A DNA stretch of 64,000 bases from Raillietiella orientalis (lineage: Eukaryota): NCBI GenBank assembly GCA_036172245.1, contig JAYWIR010000011.1, positions 4,526,001 through 4,590,000 on the forward strand. Reading direction: 5' to 3'. Positions 26,901 through 39,200 of the stretch are shown in pieces. Within the stretch, counting starts at the first letter, position 1; every line of letters begins with the position of its first letter. The translations under genes were made by a program, and so were the position numbers. The notes beneath the pieces are model-generated. The model saw nothing but the letters and a program-made list of their open reading frames with translations. It did no database searches and was not told the origin of the DNA.

Positions 26901-27879
26901 GGACTAGCGAATTGCAAAGAACGGAGTCATCTTTATGCGTCCCACACCACTTAATGCCACGGAATTCAGGACGCCAGGCTTCCTCTGGGTGCGGGGAACC
27001 GTAGGTTTCAGGGACGCGCTCACCCTCAGGAATGAAGCGACACCAGTTGGTGCGACAGACAGAAAATGCACTCTAAGACAACGCTCCAACAGAGGCCGAG
27101 TTCGCGGAGGAAAAGATGGAAAACGCGCTTGGCCGTCAGAGAATCTTTTCGGTTTGCATCGAATCCATCCACAATTTAGAACTCTGGACCACTAAGTAAC
27201 CTGTGTCCTCTCTTGCAACCGCAGGTGGTGGTGGTGTTGTGTTGTTGTTTTTCCTTCTCTTTATGTGACCAGGAAAAGGCGGATGAAGAGGAGGTAGAAG
27301 ACACGAACAGAGAGCATCATCTAGTAGGGAAAGGAAACATCCGCGAGCAGCGAAGCAACGAGAGCATGGCCCGTTATCCAAGGATCCAACTCAACGCTCA
27401 GTCCTTCACGTAAGTGCTCTCGAGAACGCGTAGGTGTTCCGTTCTTCGCGTGGAACCCCGCAGCGCAGACGGGAATCGGGAACCACCCCGTTCCCTGCAC
27501 GTAGCAACACGTCTCTGCAATTTTCGAACCCCTCGAGTGAGGACCCCACGTGCCACAGAAGGTAGAATAGGTCGTTCTACCTACCATTTTCTTCTTTTTC
27601 CTTTTTTCCCTTTTTTCAATTGGCTCCATGAGTTGAAAGATGGGCAGATGCAAGCGTGTGGATCCCGCCTGGATCAGCTGTCTCGTGCTTGCGCATTTTC
27701 GATTACCGTAGGGGCTTGGAATGTTAGGAAAGGAGAAAGCAACGAGACGAGGAGCTCTATCGAGAGAAGAGCTGATGCCCTGGGAAATTCGCCTGGGGAC
27801 GTTTGGGTTGAGCCATCCATCAGAAACGCGCGCCCAGCTTGCTGGTTGATCTGGAGCGTTCCTGAGGACCCGGTTTCCC

Positions 27880-28800
27880 CGCGACTTGAGCGTTCAAAGC
27901 TCAGCGCCTTCCTTCTTCGCAAGGCTGAAGTGTTTGCTCGAGCGCTGGATGAGCTGGTGCTCTCGTGTGTTTCAGTCGGAGCCATCGAGAGTCGGTGAAG
28001 CTGTCGGCATTATGAGTCTATTGTTGAGCCGCGCCTCCGAGAGGGGTCAAGAAGGCTTTCGGATGCGCCTTCCCGACGGCCACAGGGACCTCGCCAACAG
28101 CAGAGTGGGTTCCCCAAGCAAGGGGACCTATTTCCGAGAGCGGAGAGGCTCTTCATAGAGTTGGGGGGTCTAGGAGCTGGAACCGGCCTCATGGTTTTGG
28201 TCATGTGGTGATCTTCGGCTGATAAGGCTGCCACCACGTAAGAGGGCGGAACAACCGGTGCATGGAACGAAGGCGGAAGCAGGTGCTCCAAGGAAAGAGA
28301 CAAAGGTGATGAAAACACAACTCTATCTGTTTCCAACCTTCGGAGCGATCGCATCCGAAGCAGCGAAGGAAACTGCGGGAGGAGCGCAGCTTCCGCAGAA
28401 GACTCGCGGGAGATGAGTTCCAGAGACCACTGGTCCGGTTCGCTGCGCATGCACTTTCGCTTGTGGATCGAGCGCTCGGGCGCGAGAAACGTGCCCGAGC
28501 GCTCGAGGACCGTTGGAGGGAAGCCGCGGGTCATACAGGGGGTGAGTCTCTCCGGGCGGTAGGTCGGACCTCACAGAGCACGTGGGACAAGGGCGGTTCG
28601 GGATGGGACAAAGACGGGGAGGAGGATTAAAACGATGAGCGGTGGGGAAAAGGCGAACGGAACGTGGTGATCCTCCGAGACTGTAGGGACCGCCTGATTT
28701 GGTGAATGCTGGAAAAAGCAAGCCACGACGAATCCACGTTGCCACGTTTCGTGTCTCCAAGGACGTCCTGTCTTTGCACGCGTCGTCATTTTCATTTCAG
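27880..28800 (-). mobile_element. Highly decayed L1/Tx1-like RT fragment
   Basis: Ordered remnants NVATWI, RGFP, SPLSLSLEHLL, VAALSAED and PCLGNPL parallel ASTWL, LGFP, SPLLFSxYFELVL, VAAYADD and KYLGVPL. Confidence 0.55.
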
Positions 28801-30243
28801 AAAAAGTACGGCCGCAGCGTTTTTCGCGGAGCGACCGGGAGCAATAACAAGCAGTGCCATCTATGTTGCTTTCAGGGAACTCTGCCTGTCCTGCGAAGCT
28901 TCGTCAGACTACTCGGAATTGGAAGACTTATATGGAACCATCTTCCATTCCATGCCCCATCTGTGCTCCGCATTCAAGGTAACAGGACACCGATCGTTCT
29001 GGTAGGAGCCTTCTCGAGGCGCACGGACCTTCCCATCACACGAGGGGGATGCTCTCTCTCGAGAACCCATCGAGATATCTCTTTCAGATGGAGCCAACGT
29101 GCAATGCAGCCAGTCTGGATTCCATGGGCTTGCGCATGGACCTCCTGTACGCGGTTTCTGACTACGTCCGAAAAATTGTGAGTTGCTGTTGAGCCGAAGA
29201 GGGCGCAGCACGCCCACGCAAGCCGTTCCAGGGATCCGAAGTGGAGGAATCCCTGTTGAAATCCATAGCCGGAATGCTGCTGTGGCGAAGTGGCGAGGGG
29301 TAAGCTGCCAATGCGCTCAGTCATCAGTCTCGTGCCAGTTTGTACGAGAAGGATAACGTACGGAGCTTGTGCTCCCTTCTTCTAAACTCCATATTCGAAA
29401 TGCAGTCGTCCTTCGCAGTCTTTGCCCTTCTGCTACGACAAGTGTCCACGCTCTCTAAAGAAGACCAGAGATTTCTTTTGCATTGGTTCAGAATGTAAGA
29501 CAGAATTCCGCCTTTTAAAGCCGGGGACTCCGTTGGTCAGGTCAAAAATGCAAATACCTTTCTATCTTGGGACAAGATGCAGTCGGAAAGGATCTCTGAC
29601 CCATCGGGAATCTGTTGCTGAATCTTCGTGAAACGCACTGCTGACAGGCTGCAGGCCTGACCGTTTGGCAAGTGCCGCAGTCGTGACAGTCGGCATCCAC
29701 GTTCTTGTGATCTGTGGTTGCTGACGGTCTCCTCACGTTCCTAATGCCCGCGCACGCGCCACCCTCTTGACTCTAGAACTCCATGCGCTGGCTCTTTCGG
29801 TTGCTAGAATAGATCAGGCTTCCATTCCCGAGGTGGTAATCACACGACATCATCGTGTCACTACCACCTCTTACCGCTTGAGCTGTGCTGACCACCAGCT
29901 GAGAGGGAACATTCGAACACATGGTCTTCCCGGCGCATAGGTCGGCGTCCTCGGGATCCTCAAGCGATACGGGCGTGCCGTGGTTAAGCTGCAAGAAGTT
30001 TTGGCTTCGGGACTCGGTAGTCTGTGCCACGTACGCGCCCGAAGTCGTTCTCGTGGCAGCTCACCCCGCACTGCTACTGCCCATTACTTTTTGCCACCTC
30101 CTCCGCGTCTTCGGTCAGATTCCGGTGGAAGACGTCTGGTGGGTCAAACGAAGGAAAGGCGCATGCGCAATTTCAGCTTGATTTAAAAAAAAAAGGAGTG
30201 AGCATTCTCTCTACGTGCTTACGAATTCAGCGTTCCATTTAAG

Positions 30244-33200
30244 ATTGGATTCTGAGCATTTCGAAGCGGTGGTTCGTCGAATCCACCAGTTCATCACTCT
30301 TTGCCAGTTTGGATGCGCTGGTTTGCCTCCGCTAGACAAAATGAAATCGTGGATCCCCAGTGCCGCTAGGGTTTTGGCAATTTTGTGTGAGTCCGCTGCG
30401 TCCGTGACGCTCTCCTGAAGTGTCCACTCTAAGCAGATGCCGCGAACAAACTCAAAGACCCGTGCATTGTCAGCTACGCAACATTTTACAACAGCTCCTT
30501 GGATCACTTGGAGCTGATGGAGGAGTATTTCTCCTGGCAAAACGCGAAGTCCGACCACTTTTCTTATTGCCAGTATCCCTTTCTCCTGAGCATCGTGGCC
30601 AAGAGGTTCATCCTGCACCAGGTAGACCTCCGCGGAGCGTGCCTTGGGACCGTGCGTTCGTCTTTCCCCAGGAGTCCGAAATCCAGATGATGCTGAACGC
30701 AAGGAAGACTTTCGAATTAACAACTCACCACAGTCGTGCGACCCCTGCCTCGGAAATCTTCTTCCTGGACATCCACGTCAGCCGGCAAAACTTGCTGGCC
30801 GACTCGCTGAAGGAGGTAAGCGGCTCGGAGGCAAATAGGAGGTCCGGTGTCGCGTTCTTTGTCAGTGCCGGACAGATCACACGAATCGTTCTTCCACTCC
30901 TTTACGTCCAACCTCGCGTTGTGCGCGCGTTTCTTTCTTTTCTCTTTTTTTATTTTTTGGCATTTTTTTTATTGTTTTGTTTTATACGGACGAAGGGCTC
31001 GAAAAATCTCGAACCGGCTGAGGAGAGCCGCCCCGCTTTAACGAGTGCGTCTTTCGCGAACTCCTGCTGCCTGGCCGAGGAGAAAGTCGAGGGTTATTGG
31101 CAACTCCCAGCAGATAGGGAAACAACAAGCACACGTTCCTAATGATAATAACAATGACAACGACGAAAACAACAACAGCAGCAACAATGGAGGCAGCAGC
31201 AGCAGCAACAACAACAATGACAACCACAATAATGATAACGACGACAGCAGCAACAACAATGACAACCACAATAATAAAAACGACGGCGGCAACAATAACA
31301 ATCACAACAACAATGAAAACAATGACAATAAGAAGAAGAAGCTGAAGAAGAATCCAGTCGCTTCTTCTCTGTGAAGGTGCTGCAGAAGTGACTTTCCAGC
31401 TTAGTTTTTCTCGGCTCACAGGTCCTGCCAGCCGAGAAAAGCTACGCTGGTCTCGTGCGCTGATCTCATGGGTTTGCAGCTCAGACAAGTAAGCGGATGG
31501 ATGGAAAGAGAAGAAGAAGAAGAAGAAAAATCGAAAGCTGTCTCAATCAGTGTTTATGTGAGAATGCAAGATCTCTGTTGCACGCATTCTCGTCGTTTTC
31601 CCGTTTCTGGTATTCTACTCATCAACTTTAGAGCCGATCAGCAGGCTGTGTCGGCGCAAAGCCGGTGTTTGGGCAAGTCTCGGTCGATGAGGAACGTTCA
31701 GATTTTTCGTAAGTTGGTGCAAGGGAGCACCCCCGAATATCCTCGAAGCGATCTTGGCGCTCGCCTGAGCCCAACAAAACAACAGTATGGGCCCTCTCTC
31801 GGCAACCAGAGCTCCGAGGGCAACCAGCCCCAAATGGTTTGCGCCGCGAGTGCGAATCGGGTACGGAGGGTCGCGTCCCTGAATGCATGCATTCTGCAGA
31901 TGGCGCCATGCTGTTCGGTTCCTTTTCCAAGACCCTCCTACGGACTTCTTCCGTCAGACAGAAAGGCCGTGGTGTTCGTTCCGGACGGTACGCTGAGGGA
32001 TTTCGTTGTTTTGCGGGCATTACGACTGCTCGTGGTATTGAGTATCCAGAAATTCGCCTGTGGGCATGTTGACGTCTAATCTCAACATTCTCAAGAAGTA
32101 ACCAAAGGATTGCTTCTTGGTAATGACGGGTTGCACGGTGAAACGCAGTCGTCTTCATGGGGTTCTCGCAATGCTGGCGAGATAGGAAGAACGTGAAAAC
32201 AGTAGCAAGATGACGCAGATTGTAGCGATGAATTTGTCTGGCGGAAAAAGGAGTACCTGAGCCTCGCCCCCATTCTTGTGAGGATGGGGGGACGAGGGAA
32301 TTGGAGGAAAGATTTCTTAGCAGGAAGGATGCCGGGAGGGGGAGACAGAGGTGCCTCGGAACGTCAGGAGCCATTCGCGGGAATGCTGACAGGGTTACCA
32401 AGTCTTTCCTGACAGAGAATGGCGAAACGAGTGTACAGTAAACAGTGTAAGGAAGTCGAGATGGGATATTTGCAGATTGCAAGTGTTGGAAGAACGGAGT
32501 CAATAGGGATGAAACGAAGTGCCTTCACAAGAATGAGACGTGTTGGTGGATGAAGGGTACCGAGAAACACGGGTCGGTGGTCACTTGATACCTCTTGGCG
32601 GCTTAGGGTGGTAGTTATCTCCAGGGAAAAAACATTCCCAAGGACACTATTACTAAGAGGGTGAGGGATAGCAGACCCAGAGACAAGTGCTTTGGTGCTA
32701 CAAGTAGTGCACGGTGAGACAAAGCTGTGAAGGTCGGTTGCTAGGAGGAGCAGAGGAGAGGCGTTAAACGCGGGAAGAAGCTCCTGTGCGTTAACCGTGG
32801 ATCGCATGTGGAAGCAGAGAGGTGCTTCTCCGGCAGGGAGGGTGTAATGTGCGGTCACTTCTCTTGTGAGATGTAGTTGCTTAAGAAGACCCCCCCATCC
32901 CGTCAAGGATGCCGAGATTCAGAGGCAAGAGGAGGCGTCGACTTCAAAAGCGGGATTTTCCTCGCACTGCCTGTCGTCATCGGATTGGTAGAATTCATGG
33001 ATGCACGGATTATCGGATTTTCAGTTTTCAGGGCGAAGTGGGAAATGCACGGAGGCGTGTGGTCGCATGCCGTATGATGTGAGAGGCGAGATTGCGAGAA
33101 TACTGACTGGTGCGAGTGGGATTTCGGAATTGAGAGATTTTGAAAGATTCGTGGGTGGGGATGACAGACTAAGGGGTTCGAAGTGGAATGCAGGTGGTTT

Positions 33201-36200
33201 GCTAAAGGCTCGAGATGCTGTGTATGAGGGGGAGAGCAATGGAGCAGTAGTCGTCTGGGTAGTAGCAGGAGGAGGTCGCAGATCTGGATGACCCATTCAG
33301 AGGGAGATGTCGAGGATGGTAGCGGAGGTGGCGCGAGCTTTCATCGTTTCAGAAATTGCTATGGAGAGCACGCTTGGGACAGAATTGAGTGTGATGTACA
33401 GAATGAGGAACGGTTGTCGAGGGGATCTTGCTGATTGCCGTGATATCGAGAGCTACTCGTGGGCATCGAGCAGGGTGGTTGGCCATGGGAAGGTTGGAGA
33501 GGAGGCTGAGGGATTGACGTTCTTGGTCATTGAAAAGCATGCGGTGCTTTTGAGTAGGATCGGGATCGGGTACGAGTGAAGGTGCACACACCACCCGAGG
33601 GTGAGTGATAAGCCTTCGAGTTATAGGAGGTCACCCCGGGATGGGGTCACCCTTTGAATCCGAAGGAAGGAGTCCGTTCGTTTTTCTTACGTTCGACAGG
33701 GAACCTCTTCCGTATTCCCTCGTGCGCAGGGGTCCCTCAGAGGGAGCCACTCCATGATTTCTTCTCCGAAGGGGACCAGCAAGGGATCCGCTCCTCGTTT
33801 CCTCCTTCCGAAGGGATGCTTCCCAGAGGGAGCAGTGCGCTTCTTACACTCTGGAGAGGATTATTCAGATTCACGGTACGAAATGGAGGGTGGTCCTTTG
33901 AGGGGGGAGTGACGGCTCCATCTTCACAACCGGAGGGGAACCCCTAAGGGCTCCCTGATTCCTGGAAGGACCTTGGAGTGCCATCTTCCAGTCGCAGCCA
34001 GGCAAGGTGTGCGTCCGGTTTCCACTGGCACCCGAATAGACTAAGCAGAGAAAACTCAAAACCCACGAAGGATACCCATTCCTCGACGTCGATCCTTCCC
34101 CCGGTCGGGATTCGAACCCGCAACTCTTGGTGTACTACGCGCGGAGACCGCGGTCACACAAGCCGCCAACGCGGGAATGTGGTGTGGTCAGGAGGTTGCA
34201 GGTGAGGGTGGGGAAAAGGTCCTGTTGATGTGCGATTTCGTGGGCGTCTCCGAGGACCGCAATCCCGCGGTTCCATTCTGCCGCTTGAGCTGCCATCACT
34301 CGGCCGTAGAGCGTCTCCTGAAATTCGCAATGAAAACTCTCAGTTTCAAACGGATCGGGATGTCTTCCACAAGAAGAAAGTGGGTACGTAAGAGGTGGGC
34401 CCGGTCGAGACGAACTGAGATCGCCACTTGACCCATGCGAATGGCGTCTAAAGCATCCAAGAAATCGGTCCCGTGCATCATCTGCGTGTTCACTTTGGGG
34501 TGGGTATGGGAGGTGAATGGGAGAAGCAAATAAGAGGGAGAGACAAGAACAGCAGATGGCTCGGTGTCCGAGATCGAGAAGATGGCTATTGAGGAGGATG
34601 GAAACCGGAAAACGTGGTTGGGTTTCGGATGAGATTCACATTCCAAGAGGAATGAAAGTGCCAGGCATTTGAAGAGCTATGGTAATTCTAGTGACAAAAG
34701 GGGATGAGAGAAATGGCTGGAAGAAGAAGATCAAGAGAGTCCGCATCGGAGGCCACGTGGTCACGGCTCCGTGCATGGCACCACCAAGCGTCGCGGGTTC
34801 GAATACTCGGAAAGAATCGACGCCGAGAGATGGGGGTGCGTCGTGGGTTCGAGTTCCTCCCGCAAGATGAAGTTGGTTGGCCCACATTTATTCGGAATGC
34901 GCCCTCCGCTTTTCTGCCCTCCACTGTTTGTTCCTTGGGGAGTCGACTCCACAAGCGAGCCCCGACCAGTGCATGCTGGTGTGGAATCTTCTGTGGGTCG
35001 TGCCCCTCAACCGGGTCATCGCAAGAAGCAAGGCAGTGAGGACCGAAGGGGCCCTGCCAATGCGACCGAAAGACGGCGGGGTCCTCTGTTTGGGGGTCCT
35101 CTCTTTCCACCTGCGCATCATCGCTCCCTGCGGAGACGACGAGTCCAGCGGCACCATTTTGGCACGGCTCCTTGCGTTCCAGATCTCCCGCCAAAAGAGG
35201 AACCTCAAGAAGAAGCTGCGCGTGAAGTTTGAGGGGGAGCCCGGGTTCGACATGGGCGGCCTTGCGAAGGAGTGGTTCATCTTACTGGTCAAGGACATCT
35301 TCCAGGTTGTTGCCATGGCGGCGCTATCCTCCTCGTGCGCCCCACGGAACGCGCGCGCGCGTCTCCAGAATGGCCACTTCCGGCCGGGTAGGGCCTCAGG
35401 CGCCGCCAAGTTACGCGCGTTTCCATGGAAGCCACACCCCGCGGAAGGCGCTCCCCGCGAGAAGGCCGACAGCTGGGCGACTGGGGTGGAGGTCCCTCAC
35501 TCCTGCCTTTCCTGAGACCGCGGACGGCGCTAAGTTGGTCTGGGTGGTCCGCGCGGTGATCCACGCACGGAGGTGTGGGGAAGGCGAACGAGCAACCATC
35601 TGCGTCCAGTCCGCTTGCCGGGCCACCCGCTCGTCCTGTTCCGGTCCATCCCTTCCCCCACCGCACCTACACGCCGCGTCGGGCCGTTTTCCGTCTCCCA
35701 CCCCACTCCTCACTTACCCGACTGCCAACCCGACCCACTCCGGTCTCTGGGCATCGCGTTTCGCCTCCGCGACCTGCTCCACCCCTCCTCCTCGCGCACG
35801 ACGAAACGTGTACCGCCTCCTCCTCCCCTCGGTCGGAGAATGCACCGCAGAAGTCCCGGACCTGCACTAGTGGGTACAGGTCCCGCGGGGCTGGGAGGAA
35901 CTGCTCGTCCGGAGCACTGGGGGCGGGAGGCAGAGGCTGCTGATCCTCTCCGAGTTGAGAGAAGGAGCAGATCCTTTCTTCTCCTCCTTGCCTCCCCCTG
36001 CGGAGGGAGGTGTGCACACACCCTCTGCCCTCTATGCCCTCGGAGCAACCGCAGAGATTCCTGCGGCCGAGGGACCCTCATCCAGCCCCACTCCCGACTG
36101 ACCACTCCACAAGGATGGGGGAGGGAGGTAGATGCTCCCGTTCCCTTCCCTCCTCCCCCGTTTCTCTCCCATGGCCAACCTACCCCAACCCCCCCACAGA

Positions 36201-39200
36201 GGCGCCACCATCGTCAGAGGAGCACAATTCCCAGAGGAGCAAAAAGGATCCGCCGAAAGGGGTGAAAGGGATGGGAGGGAAGGACTGACCGGGAGTGCCA
36301 ACCCCGCGCACTCCAGCATCTCGCCTCTCCTCCCCTGCACCGCACCGCCGGTCTTCTGTTCCAGCCGGAGCTCGGCATGTTCGCGCGTCACCCCAACTCC
36401 CCGTTCCACTGGTTCAGCGTTTCCCCCCCGGGAAGTCTGAGGGGGTACAACCTCGTCGGGGTGCTGATGGGTCTGGCCGTGTACAACGGCGTCATCTTGG
36501 ACCTCCACTTCCCGTCGGTCTGCTACAGGAAGCTCCTGACCCCGTCGGTGGCCCCGAACACCGACGACGTGCCTGTGGGCCAATGCAGGGACCCGTCCCT
36601 GCGCGACCTGTCGGAGATCGCGCCGGTGAGCTCCCTCCGCCATCCCACCGAACCGGCCCGCTCCTCTGGATCGTTTCCAGGACCTGGCTCACGGCCTGAA
36701 GTGCCTCCTCGACTACGAGGGAGACGTGGAAAATGACCTGTGCCTGGTGTTCCAGGTGGGTTGACCTCCCCTCCCCGCAATGGGGACGCCTTCTCCCCCT
36801 TCCTGCGCGCACGCGGAGACAGCTCTCCGTAGCTCGGAACGGGATCCACCACCCCTTGAGGTCCCAGTCACTGCCTCCGCGATTCCCTCCCACTCGGGAG
36901 AGGAACGGGAAGGGTCCGTGAGCTGCCGAGCTTGCAGGATTGGGCCGCGGCGTGGAGGGAGCGCCCAATTCAAAAAGGGCTCGACTTATAGACGGCTTGC
37001 ACGGCCGAGGGACATCCGAAGTAAACCCGCGTAACCCGAGCGTCCTCTGGAAGGCGAATGGGAGGAAGGGATGTGCGGGAGCCGCGACCACAACTCCTCC
37101 CTTCCGCTCTCGCCTTTGGGGAAGAGCCCGAGTGCCCATCCCTGAGGGGGGGCGTCAGAACAGAGGAGCATCTCGGCAAGATGGCGCGTCGCCATCCATC
37201 CAAAGGCCCAGCTCGGTCGGGACGCGAACTGGGCGCAGCAGCCAGCGCCGCCTCGGAACTACCGAGGCCTCATCGAGAGTCAGCTTGCGGCCGAGTGGCT
37301 GGCGGAGAGTCAGCTCGTAGCTCCCGGCAACAGGCCAGCGCAAGCGTGCAGTCCCAGTGCACACCAGCGAAAGCAGCGGAGGGAGGGCTCAGGACCGGAA
37401 CCAAGTCCGGCAAGCCGACAAGGAGCTTCCCCCGCCCCCCTTCCACTCTTGCACATCCATCGCGGACCAGCCCACCTCCAGCAGCATCTCCGGAGCTGGG
37501 AGGATGGGCATTTTTACAGTCCGGCTTTCCCTTTTTTTTTTTGGTTCGCTGAGTTCTGAGGAACCTCCGCCTCTTCGAAGAAGCCAGGGGTGGGGTGGGT
37601 GGGGAAGAAGCACTTTGACACCGTCTGCGCACCCGAGGGTGGTGCGTCTGACCCTTCAAGTTAGAGTGTACCCTGGAAGGACACCACCCATCCAGGAAGG
37701 GCTTCGGAGGAAGCAGTCCGTTCCTGTCACTCTAGGGAGGGGAACCTTCGCCCACATCCTCCCCGGAGGGAACCCCGGAGAAGGCCGTTCCTTGTTCCCC
37801 CCTCTGAAGGGATCAGAGCGTTCCCCCTTATCGGGGGTCCATTTCCACAACCGGGGGGAAAAATGCCCCCAAAGGCTCCTCGATTCCTGGAAGGATCCCG
37901 GGGGGTCAACTTCCGACCCGGTCTGTCGACGGGTTTTCGGCTGCTTCTGCCAGTGCCGCACCCGAAAAGGCCAGCCAGTATCATCTTGTGGGGGAGATTC
38001 GAACCCACGACGCACCCCCGTTCCTCCCCCCGTTCTCGAGGTATCGATCCTTCCCCCGGACGAGATTCGAACCCACGGCGCGGTACCGCCGCACGCGGGA
38101 TCGTGTGGCTGCAGTCCCCGGCCCCCCATTTCACCCATGACACCGAATTCGCGTAGAATTTGGTGCCGGCGAAATTCGTGGCTTCCGAAGCAGCGAGGTG
38201 CCTCTCGCTGCTGCGCTGGCGCGGCCGCGTGACTGTCCCGCGTGCGAATTCGAAGTGCTTCCCTTCGGGGTTTCCGATTTGCGTTCACGCAGCCGCCCCC
38301 TTCCCTTCGGGGGGAGGGGGAGTTACCCCTCCGTCTTGTCCGTGGAGTTCTCTAGCTTTCGCGAGGTGTGTTCCCTTCGGGACAAGCCCTTCGCAGGAGT
38401 AGAACAGGATCGGACATCCCTCCGACAGAGTTACGCGCACCCCCGGGGGGGCATGACCTTGCTTAAAGAGCCTCCAGGTGAGGAACTCTCCAATCCTCCT
38501 AGGGAAGTTCCTTCAGCACTCAACTACTGTGCTCTCCAGCGACTCCGCGCCCTTCGAGCTTCCATCAAGGAAAATTTTTTTTCCTGAATCTTTCGCTCTC
38601 GTCGTCTCCCTCGCAATTCCTCCAGCTTCGAGCGGATTCCTCCGGTATGGTGCTCCTTGCGTCAGCATCGATCTCCGGTCAGAGGATTCTTGTCTCAAGC
38701 AACTAGGATTGGTTGCTGGTTTCGCTAGAAGTAGCAAAAACGGCGACAAACACCAAGGAAATGCGGTTTCCTATTCTGCACCTTCCCGGACATTGAAGGC
38801 CGCTCAATTCTAATGAGGAGGACCTTCGGGACAGGCAGGAATACCGTCGTTCGTGTCCGAGATGACGATCAGACAGCACTTTGGGTGGAATCGCGACCTT
38901 GGACCTCGGTTCCCGCCAAACATCCCGCCGTTCAGTCCCATCGGCAAAGCTCGAATATGCTCTCTGGTTCCCTGACTGAAGCGGTTTCCCATCATCCCAT
39001 CGCTCACCTATTGGTTCGGAAGCACTCGCCCCATCGGACACTGTGCTAGGAAGCCGTTCCGAGCGCTCGTGTAGCCAATACCACTCGGCCAGTCTGGAAC
39101 ACTGCTGATGACCCAACCCTGGTTTCACGCGACTGGCCGAAAATTTCGCGCAGTGAGCTAGCAAATCTTTTTTTTTTTTTTTTTTTCCAGCCAGAAAAGA

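Noticed and set aside
30179..30190. TGA read as Trp (alternative genetic code) before FKK
   Set aside because: The resolved exons use TGG for Trp and contain no in-frame TGA, and spacing to the HLLR motif does not fit.
31038..31488. Poly-Asn, poly-Thr and hydrophobic ORFs
   Set aside because: They are translations of an intronic trinucleotide microsatellite in several frames.
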